A DNA stretch of 61,350 nucleotides, counting the filler. It is 7 parts of 7 records of this genome, joined end to end, with 100 filler letters (N's around TTAATTAATTAA, not from the genome) between each part and the next. Parts side by side here need not be neighbours in the genome. Positions count along the whole stretch, not along the records: positions 1 to 6,138 come from SRR31147125_1322; positions 6,239 to 13,055 come from SRR31147125_1323; 5 more parts are not named here. One strand, 5' to 3'. The notes beneath the pieces are model-generated. The model saw nothing but the letters and a program-made list of their open reading frames with translations, was not told where the DNA came from and did not search any database. Below are positions 1-11,146 of the stretch, piece after piece. The translations under genes and the position numbers were made by a program. Each line of letters begins with the position of its first letter. Positions within the stretch are counted from its first letter, which is position 1.

Positions 1-357
1 CGGCATATAACCCTCCAATTATATTGTAATTAAAAGAAGCCAACAAAGATGCCGGTGTCGACTTGCTATTATTCGAACTGCCAGCCAAAATACCAACCGA
101 TGTTTGCACAAACCACGGCTTTTCAATGATTGTTTCATGAGTTGTCAAGCGATTTGAAGTAATAGTGTCAATTTCGGAATTCTTAAATACAAAAATATTT
201 CGGGAGGAATGCACCACCACTTTTTCATCATCAACCCGAACAAGGTTTCCTTTTAAAACAGAACCATTTTTCAGGTATATAACTTCCTTTTTACTTTTTT
301 GTGCAAATAAGCTTACTGCAAAAAAACAGACAGGATTAAAAACGCAAATTTCTTCAT
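1..357 (-). CDS. Bacteroidota exported/outer-membrane protein, 3'-truncated by the window edge, with a 1-nt frameshift in the A7 run at about 320-326
   Basis: Read manually: ATG at 357, MKKFAFLILSVF(F)AVSLFAQKSKKEVIYLKNGSVLKG...; signal peptide plus VIYLKNGS motif; frame open to position 1 once one base is added. Confidence 0.6.
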
Positions 358-546
358 CAATAAGGTGTTTAAGGGTTAATTAACACAGGAAAGATGAAGC
401 AGCTTATCAAAGAGTTGCGTTAAAAATGGAAATTAATCAATATTGACTTTTTAATATTGAGCCAAGTAAAAATTGTTTAATCTGTAATAGCTAAGGTTCA
501 AAATATCATTCATAATTTTTTAGCTTTGTTTTCAAATTAGAGCTCA

Positions 547-1137
547 ATGTTAGAGAATGACGTGCAACTAGTAGATCAAATTAAGAATGACGATGAAATT
601 GCATACAAAGTTATTTTTAATAAATTTTATCCAAGATTGTATTACTTTATCCTTGAGTTTATCCCACTTCATGATATTGCAGAAAATATTGTTCAAGACA
701 CATTTATTGTGTTATGGAATAAAAGGTTTGAACTAAAAGAAGAAACTAACCTAAGTGCATTTCTCTTTACAGTAGCCAAAAAAAACTGCCTTTACAAACT
801 ACGAGATAAAAAGTACAGACAGAAACTAGTTTCGTCAGAAAACATCAATGACGAACTGCTGAATGTTAATGCCAATGCTTTAAATTCATTTGAAACTTCG
901 ATGTTTGTTTTTTATGAAATGAATGAAATAATTGAAAGAACATTAAATGAACTGCCCCCTCAGTGTAAAAGGGTCTTTTTTCTAAGTCGTTTTGAGAACA
1001 AAAAGCATCAGGAAATTGCTGATGAACTTAACATTTCTGTAAAGGCAGTAGAAGGGCACATTTCGAAAGCACTTAAACGATACAGGCTTGCTCTTAAGGA
1101 TTATTTGCCATTAGTCATGTATCTTTTTATCCCTTAA
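547..1137 (+). CDS. ECF sigma-70 factor (Bacteroidota expansion family)
   Basis: Region 2 (AENIVQDTFIVLW) and region 4 (LPPQCKRVFFLSRFENKKHQEIADELNISVKAVEGHI); upstream of fecR-susC. Confidence 0.95.
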   Translation: MLENDVQLVDQIKNDDEIAYKVIFNKFYPRLYYFILEFIPLHDIAENIVQDTFIVLWNKRFELKEETNLSAFLFTVAKKNCLYKLRDKKYRQKLVSSENINDELLNVNANALNSFETSMFVFYEMNEIIERTLNELPPQCKRVFFLSRFENKKHQEIADELNISVKAVEGHISKALKRYRLALKDYLPLVMYLFIP

Positions 1138-1237
1138 CTTTCAAGGCATTACCATTAAAAAACAATAACTTTCAGAAAAAATATTTTTGTGGAGCTAGGG
1201 TATTTGGCAACTCATGCTATATACTCTTGAATACAAT

Positions 1238-2248
1238 ATGGAAAAATCAACTAAAATATTAGATCTGGTTAGTGGCGATTTAAATTCGGATGAAAGCAAC
1301 GCTGTGTTATCTGAAATTAATACCAATTCAAAATCGCAACAAGAATATAACAAAGTAAAGCTCGCTTGGTCACTGCTAGCCTCAAACAAGAAGATGACAC
1401 CTTATCGGGTCGAAGAATCATATAGTTCTTTAATGAAGAAGGTTTCAAAACCAAAGAATTCTGCATTCGATAAGTTAAGTCCTTTTATAAAATATGCTGC
1501 TCTGGTAGTTGTGCTATTTAGTCTTTCCTTCTTTGTTTTCTATTTATCAAAAAGCACAAGTATCAGATTTTCAGATGATACTCGTTACTCAACCATTGTT
1601 GCGGAATATGGACAAACCTCAAAAATTATTTTACCAGACAGTTCATTGATCTGGTTAAACTCCGGAACCACTTTAAGCTACAACAACAATTATTCAGTTT
1701 CTAACCGTAAGATTAATCTTCAGGGAGAAGCCTATTTTGAAGTTGCACACGATGAGTCAATTCCATTAATAATAAATTCAAATGGAATTAACATCGAAGT
1801 TTTGGGTACCGAATTTAATGTAGAATCTTTCAGTGAAAATGATCAAATAAATATTGCATTAAAAGAAGGTAGCATTAAGTTATCCCATACTCAAAATACA
1901 TTTAAGGAAATCGTTTTAAAGCCAGGAGAGCTGGCACAATTCGATGAAAAAAACAACCATTTAAAAATTTCAGAAGCAGATATAAACAGAATTTCATCAT
2001 GGAGAGATGGCATCCTTGTCTTCATGAATGCACCAATGAGCGAAGTGATAACAAAATTAGAACGTAAATATAATATTCAAATTGATGTCGAGTCACAAGA
2101 AGTTTACAACCTTGTATTCTCCGGAACAATTAAAGATGAAAGCATTGAAAATGTGTTTGACATGATGAAATTTGCATCGGGCGTTAACTACAATATACAA
2201 TTTAGTCACTCAAAAGAAATTCAAACTAAAATAATTTTAAACTTATAA
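1238..2248 (+). CDS. fecR: FecR-family anti-sigma factor / transmembrane sensor
   Basis: Single TM, LPDSSLIWLNSGTTL, GEAYFEV, VLGTEFNV, WRDG motifs. The ORF track starts at 1214; the ATG at 1238 is the likelier start. Confidence 0.93.
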   Translation: MEKSTKILDLVSGDLNSDESNAVLSEINTNSKSQQEYNKVKLAWSLLASNKKMTPYRVEESYSSLMKKVSKPKNSAFDKLSPFIKYAALVVVLFSLSFFVFYLSKSTSIRFSDDTRYSTIVAEYGQTSKIILPDSSLIWLNSGTTLSYNNNYSVSNRKINLQGEAYFEVAHDESIPLIINSNGINIEVLGTEFNVESFSENDQINIALKEGSIKLSHTQNTFKEIVLKPGELAQFDEKNNHLKISEADINRISSWRDGILVFMNAPMSEVITKLERKYNIQIDVESQEVYNLVFSGTIKDESIENVFDMMKFASGVNYNIQFSHSKEIQTKIILNL

Positions 2249-2285
2249 AAACAATTATTTATGTAACAAACCTTACCTGAAACAA

Positions 2286-2343
2286 AAAGGAGATGCAGCA
2301 ACACCTCCTTTAATTGACGCCTCAAATGATTAAGGTCTGAGGC
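2286..2343 (+). promoter_or_regulatory. Two hairpins in the fecR-susC intergenic leader
   Basis: AAAGGAG..CTCCTTT (2286-2311) around a GCAGCAAC loop region, and GCCTCA..TGAGGC (2319-2343). Confidence 0.45.
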
Positions 2344-2383
2344 AAACAAATTTGAATACCAAATCCAAATTCAAAACAAATTT

Positions 2384-5300
2384 ATGAAAAATTTATTTTT
2401 TTCGATGATTTCTGGAAAAAGTAAAATCTGGAAATCTAAGCTTTGCATGATTATGAGAGCAACAATAATTGTATTATTCATATGTATTAGTCAGACTTTT
2501 GCAGCTAACACATATTCTCAAAGTACTCGCCTGGATCTTGATATGTCGAATGCTACAATCAAAAGCATTTTGTACGCTATAGAAGATCAAACAGAATTCT
2601 ATTTCATATTTGAAGCCAACAAAGTAGATGTAAACAAGAAAGTTTCTATTAAAGCTGAGAATAAATTGGTGACAGATATTCTTGATGAATTATTTCAAAC
2701 ATCAGGAATAACTTATAAGATAAACAATCGCATGATTGCTTTATCGTCATCAAAGTCAAAACAAAAGGGTATCCAACAACAAAAAACAATAAAAGGGAGA
2801 GTCTCCGATATTAATGAGCAACCGCTCCCAGGAGTAACAGTTGTTGTAAAAGGTACTACACATGGAACGATAACAGATTCGGATGGTGAGTTTACATTAG
2901 CTAACGTATCCGATGAATCGATTCTGTTATTTTCTTTCATCGGAATGAAAACACAGGAAATCCTTGTTGGAGTGAGTGCTGATTTTCAGATTACAATGGA
3001 AGAAGAAACCTTTGGGGTGAAAGAGGTAATTGTTACTGCTCTGGGTTTTAAGCGCGAACAAAAGGCTCTTGGTTATGCAGTGCAAAATGTAGATGGGGAA
3101 TCTTTATCAACAGTGAAAGGGATTGATGTTGGAACTTCGCTAACCGGGAAAGTTGCAGGACTTTTAGTGAAAAATACGACTGAATTTGCAAAAGAACCTG
3201 TAATTGAAATACGTGGTGAAAATCCACTTTTAGTAATTGATGGTGTTCCCTATGGCAATATGTCCTTAAGAGATATACCTTCAGACGATATAGAAAACAT
3301 TAGTGTATTAAAAGGCGCAACAGCCTCGGCACTTTATGGTTATCGCGGAGAAAGTGGTGCCATTATGATAACGACTAAGAAAAGTAGTAGAAACAAGGGA
3401 TTAACAGTTTCGGTAAATAGTGGTACCATGTTCACAGCGGGTTACGTTGCAATACCAGAAACACAATCAACTTACGGAAGAAAGGTTTCTGCTGCCACAA
3501 ACATTTACAATAAAGCCGGGCAGGGTTCTTGGGGACCACCAATGGAAGGGCAAGAGGTTATTCAGTGGGATCCTATTTCAAAATCATATCAACCGATGCC
3601 TTTTTCACCAATCGGGAAAGATAATTTTCAAAACTTTGTTGAACAAGGCTATATCTTAAATAACAACATTAGTGTTGTACAGCAAGGGAAAAATGGAAGC
3701 ATACGCTCTTCAGCAACATGGGTAAGAAATAAAGGTCAATACCCCAACTCTAAGTTTGATAAAATTACCTACTCCTTGGGTGGCGATATGAAATTAAACA
3801 AGTTTACACTTTCGTCATCAATTACCTACAACAAACAAACATCACCAAATGTAGGTTTTAATGGCTATACCGGGTACGACCCTATGTATAATATACTAAT
3901 TTGGGCATCTCCCGATTATGATATCAGGCAATATAAAGATTACTGGTTAATACCAAATGAATCTCAAAATAGCAGTTATGCATCAACCAACAACAACCCC
4001 TATTTCGACAGATACGAACGATTACATAGTTTAAACAGAGATATTTTCAATGGCTCACTTTCTGCCAGTTACGAACTTACACCATGGCTAAAAGCTACAT
4101 TTCGTTCAGGTTTTGATTCATACAGCGATCGACAGGATGTTAGAATCTCTAAAGGATCGTTTACCGGAGGTGGTAGCTCAACTGTAATTAAAAATGGGAA
4201 GCAAGTCTGGGGAGAATCCAAAAAAGGTTCTTTCAATTACGGACTTGGTCGTGGATATAGTATAAACAATGATTTCATTCTGTCTGGAAACAAGTCGGTT
4301 GGCGATTTTACCATTGATGCCTTAGCTGGGGGAACAGTATATTATACTCAAGACGAAGGAATAGAGGCCAGAACATACAAAGGTCTTTCAATTCCAGGAT
4401 ACTATTCATTAAAATCTTCGGTTGAACAGATTTGGGTAAATTCCAGAATATATAAACGACAAGTAAATAGTTTATTCGGACGAATGTCTCTTTCTTGGAA
4501 AAACTTGATATTTGTAGAAGGTACAGTGCGTAACGACTGGAGTTCGACTTTATCTGAATCAACTCGTTCATACCTCTATCCTTCAATTGCATCAAGTTTT
4601 ATTATTTCCGAAATACTTCCTAAAATGGACTGGCTTTCGTTATGGAAAATACGTGGCTCATGGACATCATCAAAAAGACCAGCAGGAGTCTATGCTATTA
4701 ATTCGGTATATACAATTAACACAAATGCATGGAACAATATGACATCAGCGACCAACCCAAGCACAATTAGGGGAACTGATGTAATGCCTGAATCTTCATC
4801 TACTTTTGAAATAGGAACAGTTGTAAATGTATATAAAAACAGAGCCTCTGTAGATGTTGCATATTATAATAAAAGGCTGTATGATTTCCTTAAATCAACA
4901 AGCATTAGCCCTGCATCAGGGTATTCTTCAAACTACATTAATATCGATGAAGAAATTACTCGAAGAGGGCTTGAGCTTACGGCTAAAGGAACACCTATAA
5001 AAACCAACGACTGGCAATGGGATCTTGCAATAAACTGGACAAAATATGCCCGGTATTACACCCAGTTAGATACTGTTTTCTCAAAAGACCAACCCTGGGT
5101 AAAAGTTGACGAAAGAGCCGACCATTATTTAATCAAAAATTTCCTTAAAGATCCGAATGGCAATATCATCCACACTGCTGGTAAACCGGTATATTCATCT
5201 TATTATTCACTGGCTGGATATAGTGATCCGGATTGGATTTGGGGATTAAGTTCATCGCTCAGGTACAACGAATTCACATTGAATATTTCAGTTGATGGAC

Positions 5301-5817
5301 GAGTTGGTGGATTGGCACAATCCTATACCGAAATGTATATGTGGAATTCGGGCAACCATCCTGATTCGAACACTGAAGAACGCTATTTAGATGCCACGCA
5401 GCCAGGAACTAAAAATTATTTATCTGAAGGAGTCCAGGTTATTTCAGGAACAGTTGCATATGATACATATGGCAACATTACCAGCGATACGCGAGAATTC
5501 GCTCCAAACGATGTGCCGATAACATACGAAAGCTACATTAAAAGAATACACAAAGGTACTGCATGGGGAGGTACTCCTTCTCCATATGATCTGTATTCCA
5601 CTACCTTCTTTAAAGTTAGAGAACTCTCCCTTACTTATGATCTACCTAAAAGTATTTGCTCAAAATTTTTCGCAAAAAGCGGTTCAGTATCAGCAGTTGG
5701 GCAAAATGTCTTTTCTGGGCAAAAGATTTTAAGTATTCCGACCCAGATGGTGGTACTGAAAACTTTGCCGACCCATCTCAACGCTATATTGGTTTCAACT
5801 TGAAAGTGAATTTCTAA
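2384..5817 (+). CDS. susC: SusC/RagA TonB-dependent transporter with N-terminal STN signalling domain; 1-nt frameshift near the 3' end
   Basis: STN, CarboxypepD-like (PLPGVTVVVKGT), plug (PLLVIDGVP; DIENISVLKGATASALYG..G.IMITTK). Adding one T at 5711-5714 gives the typical end FWAKDFKYSDPDGG...RYIGFNLKVNF* with TAA at 5815-5817. Confidence 0.95.
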
Positions 5818-5848
5818 AAAATGGGAGTAATTGTAAAATTTAGATAAA

Positions 5849-6138
5849 ATGAATAATAAAAATAAATATATCGGAATATTCCTCATTCTTACAGTGCTTT
5901 TTAGTTGCGATAACTTTGAGGAAATAAATACAAACCCAGACACGACAACACGGGTTAGTGCATCTATGCTGTGTACTCATGTTGTGTTGGCCGTTGCCAA
6001 GTTTAGCGGCAGAGATGCTAAGGTGATGATTTCAGGCAACGCATTGTCAAAGTATGTTGGGTATGCCAACGAGGGGCAAATGGCAACGCAATACAATAAA
6101 ATTGAACATTCTGGTTTTGGTGATTTAACCATACTCCC
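5849..6138 (+). CDS. susD: SusD/RagB-family lipoprotein, truncated by contig end
   Basis: Lipobox LFSC followed by DNFEEINTNP; directly after susC. Confidence 0.88.
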
Positions 6139-6238
6139 NNNNNNNNNNNNNNNNNNNNNNNNNNNNNNNNNNNNNNNNNNNNTTAATTAATTAANNNNNN
6201 NNNNNNNNNNNNNNNNNNNNNNNNNNNNNNNNNNNNNN
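6139..6238. other. Artificial contig spacer (N44-TTAATTAATTAA-N44)
   Basis: Same 100-nt spacer appears six times; the core has stops in all six frames. Confidence 0.99.
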
Positions 6239-7759
6239 TTTTGAAACATAACTAAGATGCGTTGATAAATCTTTATCAAGTTGTTTAGCATGTTGACGTT
6301 CAATTTTAGCTTTTTCTTCTAATTTTGCTCGTTTTGCTTCGTCGCGGATACGTTTTTTGTTTTCTTTAACAAGTTGTTTATTGAGTTGATCAATTTGTTT
6401 CATTAATCTTTTTTCTAAACGAATAGATTCATTAAAATCAACAGCTTTTGTTTCACGAATAATTTTAGCGATTTTCACTTTTTCTTTAACACTTTTAATT
6501 TTATCTTCTGTTGACTCTTGAACAAGTGATTGGAAAATAAAATCATCATTGTTTCTTTGATCTTCTAAATCAAAGTATGATTGATAGAGTGCATTTGATA
6601 TTTTAATGGTATCTCTTAGCGCTTTTTTTAATGCAACTTCATACGTTGATGAATCTTCTTGATGTTTTTTTATTGATTCATCAAATACTTTTTTGTTTTG
6701 ATCTAAAAAGTACTCATTTATCAGATTGTTTTCCATATCAATTTTAGTACCTGGTGTAACTAAAGACTCTAAATGTTTCTTAATCACTTTGGGTGATTTT
6801 TTTCGATATGTTCTATCATCTAAATACTGATAATGATCTTCTAAATCTTTTTGATTGCCATAAATCGCAGTAAATGATTGAAGTGCAAGTTGATAAATAT
6901 TTTTCATATAAGCATGATCAAATGATAAATTCTTTTCAGTAACTTCTGTATCAAAGTCAAGCGTATGATATTTATCTAAGTATAACCATAAAGTATAACA
7001 ATTTTTATAATCAATATTCTTTAATAAAATGGATGTTTGCATAATCGGTGCTTTTACCGGTTTTGCATTTTTTAAATTTTGCATAAATTCCGTTTTATTT
7101 AGATTGTTTATTTGTTTTAACAAATATTCAATTTTTTTAAGCATCACATTATTTTTTTGATTAATTGATTCATCATTAACATCTTCAGTAATTTTCAAAT
7201 TTAAATCAAGTTCAACTTTTGAATCTTCGATTTGATATGATGATTTCATATTAAAATGTTTTTTATTATAGGATTCAATATTGTTCTTAATCAAGCGATA
7301 TCTTCGATTAATAAAATCAAATAAACGATCGATTAATGTTTTAATAAAGCGATTTTCATAGATTGCATAATCAATTTCTGCATTTGTTACAAGTATACCT
7401 TTTGGAATCACTTGATTGCCACGCATTTCTTTGATTAAATGTGTATTTGCAGCTAAGTGTCTAACCGAATCACTATTAACTCTTTTTGCTTTTTCTATGG
7501 CTGTAACTTCTTGTTCATAACGAAGTCCAGACTTTGGATCATTTGCAATTTTATAAACACTTGGAAAAAATGATTCAATCGTTCCAATCCATTCTTCATG
7601 GAAAGTTTTAATTTCAGTAATACTTTTTTGATATAATTCATTTTCACCATCAAGTAATGCTTGATAAAAGTAATTAGGGAAATCTTGGTCTAATTCAATA
7701 TCATAATAAGCATCATTTAATGCACGATGAAATTTTCTTAAATCAGTAAGTTTTTTCAT
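6239..7759 (-). CDS. DUF2357 (McrC N-terminal-like) protein with long C-terminal coiled coil, 3'-truncated
   Basis: YENRFIKTLI and SILLKNIDYKNCYTLWLYL motifs; E/K-rich helical tail; starts 9 nt after the McrB-like ATPase. Confidence 0.75.
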
Positions 7760-7768
7760 TTTTCACCT

Positions 7769-9316
7769 TTAAAATTGCTTTTTAATTTCCGTTAGATAAG
7801 CTTGACATTCTGCAAATCCATTTTTACCAAATAATCGATCTAGCAATGCAGATAAATCAGTAATTTCATTTTGTAAGAACGGAAGATTTAATCCTTCAAA
7901 TTTTCTAAATATTTTTCTAGCAACCATATAATCAAGTGCTTCAGTTTCAGAACCACCACATGCAACATATACAGGCACAAATGCTCTAATTTGTTTCATA
8001 ATACGATTACCAAATGTTACTTTAAAGTTTTCAGTAATAAACTTATCAAGTCTTTCAAGATTTTTTAATGCTTTGAGTGAAATCGGATGATCTTTTGTTG
8101 CTGTTCTAAACAATTCTTCTAAGTAGTCATTTGAAATTGTTACACCATCAGTATCTGGAGCATCAATATACTCAGATTTCGTGTTAATGACAATAGGTGT
8201 TGCACGATCATAGACTTTATCGGTAATTGTAAATGTTGAATCATCTTTATTCGCAGTACCAACAAACCATACATTTTGTGGTAATAACAATTTACCTTTT
8301 ACAATATGTTCTGGATCACCAGGCTGTGTATCTGGAACAACATCAATTAGCCATCTGTCTTTATCAGGCATTTCTAATAACGAAAGAAATTCTGCAAAAT
8401 AATATTCGACACGTGCTAAGTTCATTTCATCTAAAACGACAAAATTAGGATCTGTTCGATACGTCGTTTCATAAATTGATTCTAAAAACTCTGTCTCATT
8501 AAATTTCTTTGTAAACTCATTTAAGTAACCCATCATCTCTGCACGATCACGCCATGAAGGTTGAACTGCAATAATGTGTGAATCATGTCCAAAGAATTTA
8601 CCCATTGCATAAGGTAGTGATGTTTTACCGGTACCTGAGATACCTTCTAAAATCATTGTTTTTGATGAAGCCATACCAGCAAAAAATGCTGAGATAATTT
8701 TTCTGTTATAAAACAAACCAAGTCTTGAAGCTGAGAAGTTAATAAATCTAGTGACTATTTCATTAAGATTTAGCATATCTTCTTCACGCATAAATATTTG
8801 AGTCACTCTATTTTCATACTCACGATCTACACGTTTAAGTTTAACAAATCTAGATGGTCCAAGATCTTTATCTTCATTTTTCTCATCTTCTGAATCATGC
8901 TCTAATTGACCAGCGCCTTGAACACCACCTACACCTAAGTTTGAAACTTTTAATGCAAGTATTTTATTTCGTTCATCAACGAGTTCAACTGTTTTTTGAT
9001 TAAGAAATGAAACTTCTTCTAATAATTCATCCTTTTCAATTTCTCTAGCAATAAATCTTACATATTTACTAAGCCATTGATAAAGTTTTAAAACCAAGAA
9101 TATAATAAGCGCGACGTTAATCACTAATATGATAAAACCGATGATCCAATCAATCACCGAAAATTGTTCTGATGCAATTGCGAAATTACTCAAATATTGT
9201 GATACATCAGTGATGAAAAATTGTACAATTGCTTCAAAAATATTTCTGAAGAATTCGCCAATATTCATAAATAGTTCTCTGAGTAACTCAATATAGAATC
9301 TTGCAAATTCTACCAT
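7769..9316 (-). CDS. McrB-like AAA+ NTPase with N-terminal membrane segments and coiled coil
   Basis: Walker A GISGTGKT, Walker B VVLDEMNLARVEYYFAEFLS, signature GTANKDD, VYDRA, FGNR; hydrophobic N-terminus (WIIGFIILVINVALIIFLVL). Confidence 0.88.
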   Translation of the reverse strand: MVEFARFYIELLRELFMNIGEFFRNIFEAIVQFFITDVSQYLSNFAIASEQFSVIDWIIGFIILVINVALIIFLVLKLYQWLSKYVRFIAREIEKDELLEEVSFLNQKTVELVDERNKILALKVSNLGVGGVQGAGQLEHDSEDEKNEDKDLGPSRFVKLKRVDREYENRVTQIFMREEDMLNLNEIVTRFINFSASRLGLFYNRKIISAFFAGMASSKTMILEGISGTGKTSLPYAMGKFFGHDSHIIAVQPSWRDRAEMMGYLNEFTKKFNETEFLESIYETTYRTDPNFVVLDEMNLARVEYYFAEFLSLLEMPDKDRWLIDVVPDTQPGDPEHIVKGKLLLPQNVWFVGTANKDDSTFTITDKVYDRATPIVINTKSEYIDAPDTDGVTISNDYLEELFRTATKDHPISLKALKNLERLDKFITENFKVTFGNRIMKQIRAFVPVYVACGGSETEALDYMVARKIFRKFEGLNLPFLQNEITDLSALLDRLFGKNGFAECQAYLTEIKKQF

Positions 9317-9340
9317 ATATTGCTCCTTCTAACGTTAAAC

Positions 9341-10051
9341 CTACTTATTTTTTTCTTTTTCTAATTCTGCAAGTATTTCCTTGCGCATTCTTTCTTTTTC
9401 TGCTTCTAAGTCTTTCATTGCATCTTCTTTTTCTTGTGCATATTGTGTCGCTATTTTTTCTTTGTTTGCACGCATGATAGTTCTTGTTAATATGACACCT
9501 TCAACAATGAGTAAGATGATGACAGGAATAATAATAAATATTGCAAACCCTGCAGATGTTTGAAGATAGTCAAGTGCACTACCAAATCCTGACACTTTAT
9601 GTTCTGTATATACTGATATGACATCTTCGATATTTACTGGTTGATCGGGTTCAGTATTATTATTTTCTGCAACATAATTATAATCAGCTTGTGTGATCAA
9701 ATATCCTTCAGATTTATTTATTTCGACGATTCTATGGGTATTAAATGCATAGATTGATAAATCAAAATATGTTACAATATCTCCTACTTCAAGTTCATCT
9801 CTAGAGTCTTCATCTAACATCTTAACAAAAAGCATATCACCTTTTTCAAATGAATCCTCTAAATCACCATACATCGAATTAGACTGAACGGATAATATAC
9901 CTGTACCAAAGATATTCGCAATATTATCATCTCTTTTTACTTTCATATTCGCAATAGAGAATACTAATAATAAAACGATAACTGTGTAAAATAAGACATT
10001 AAGCACGATTTTTGATATTTTCAATGATAAAGATTGTTCTGAATTTTCCAT
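9341..10051 (-). CDS. sipW: Signal peptidase I, SipW/ER-type (S26B)
   Basis: N-terminal TM, VQSNSM (catalytic Ser), GDMLFV, GDIVTY, THRIVEI (catalytic His), C-terminal TM. Confidence 0.88.
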   Translation of the reverse strand: MENSEQSLSLKISKIVLNVLFYTVIVLLLVFSIANMKVKRDDNIANIFGTGILSVQSNSMYGDLEDSFEKGDMLFVKMLDEDSRDELEVGDIVTYFDLSIYAFNTHRIVEINKSEGYLITQADYNYVAENNNTEPDQPVNIEDVISVYTEHKVSGFGSALDYLQTSAGFAIFIIIPVIILLIVEGVILTRTIMRANKEKIATQYAQEKEDAMKDLEAEKERMRKEILAELEKEKNK

Positions 10052-10071
10052 GCTTTCTCCTTTATGATAAC

Positions 10072-10134
10072 AATAAAACTAGTCATAATCCATAAGGATT
10101 GGTAAGTATGCAAATTGCATACTTACCAGACTAG
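10072..10134 (-). terminator. Strong stem-loop (terminator or mRNA-stabilising) after the 310-aa subunit gene
   Basis: TGGTAAGTATGCAA-A-TTGCATACTTACCA (10100-10128) inside an outer CTAGTC/GACTAG pair, followed by TTTTATT on the minus strand. Confidence 0.7.
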
Positions 10135-10146
10135 AATGTTAGTTAA

Positions 10147-11079
10147 TTATACTGTAACACCTTGGAATGTAAATGAAGTTGAAACGAATTGTGAAAGAAT
10201 TGAGTTATATGCGTTAGCATCCCAACCTTCTAACCAAATTCTAACAGTTACTTGACCATAGTAAGTTGCACCGAAATCACTCGCACTACCACTAACGTCT
10301 ACTAATGAAATAACAGGTTGTCCACCAGCTAAGTCAGTTATAGTTGATAGTGTAGTTACTGAAGATGCTCCAACAGGTAATTCATCATTTTTAGCATAGT
10401 AGTAATTCATTGCACCAGCATCACCTTCACCAGCAGCAACACCATCTGATAAATCTCCACCAGTACCTAATACAACGTTTGATCCACCAGCAGGTTTTTC
10501 ATATGCAACAGTGAAATCACCATAAGTTAAATCACTTACCATAGCAACACGCATAGCATCTGATGCATCAACGTTAATTGAAGCACCTGCGACTACTGCA
10601 GTACCATTTGCAGGTGTAAAATCAGCATCAACTGTCCATGTATTACCTGCAGCTGTTAATGAAACTGTTGTCCAATTTATTTGATTTGCACTATTTGATC
10701 TGAAATTAAGTGGTAATTCAATAAATCCTGTAGTTACAGTTGTCATTGAAGCAGAACCTAATGTTGAAAATGATTCACCATCCGCTGTAGTCACATGATT
10801 AAAGATTTGAGTATTACCATAAACATCTGCTAAGTATCCTTCAACATCATCAGTAGTAAGTGTAGTTACCCATTCTGCATCTTCTGGATTTGCAAATGTT
10901 GTACCATGTGCACCTAGAGAGATTTCAATCCCGCTATCACCGATAATTTGTGCTTCAAAAGCTTGAACTGTTGATGTATTTGTCAACGTAAACCACGCAA
11001 ATGTTGTAGAACCAAGTGCGAACACTGTTAATACAACCGCAATAATTGATAAAAATAATTTTCTTGTCATTTTACTCAT
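10147..11079 (-). CDS. Secreted protein with SipW-cognate signal peptide (TasA/camelysin-like fibre subunit, probable major subunit)
   Basis: ...ALGSTTFAWFT signal motif; Thr/Gly/Ala-rich beta-type sequence; C-terminal VRIWLEGWD; immediately upstream of sipW. Confidence 0.75.
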   Translation of the reverse strand: MSKMTRKLFLSIIAVVLTVFALGSTTFAWFTLTNTSTVQAFEAQIIGDSGIEISLGAHGTTFANPEDAEWVTTLTTDDVEGYLADVYGNTQIFNHVTTADGESFSTLGSASMTTVTTGFIELPLNFRSNSANQINWTTVSLTAAGNTWTVDADFTPANGTAVVAGASINVDASDAMRVAMVSDLTYGDFTVAYEKPAGGSNVVLGTGGDLSDGVAAGEGDAGAMNYYYAKNDELPVGASSVTTLSTITDLAGGQPVISLVDVSGSASDFGATYYGQVTVRIWLEGWDANAYNSILSQFVSTSFTFQGVTV

Positions 11080-11146
11080 TTTTTCTAGTCTCCTTTAATT
11101 TAATTTATAAAAATATGAGTTATATAATTAACTAACTTTTGTTAGA

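Noticed and set aside
165-383. Plus-strand 72-aa ORF and the many other short antisense ORFs in the track (e.g. 2713..2940, 25899..26261, 38616..38942, 50077..50439, 61107..61313)
   Set aside because: Shadows of well-supported genes on the opposite strand or in another frame; no RBS or family motifs.
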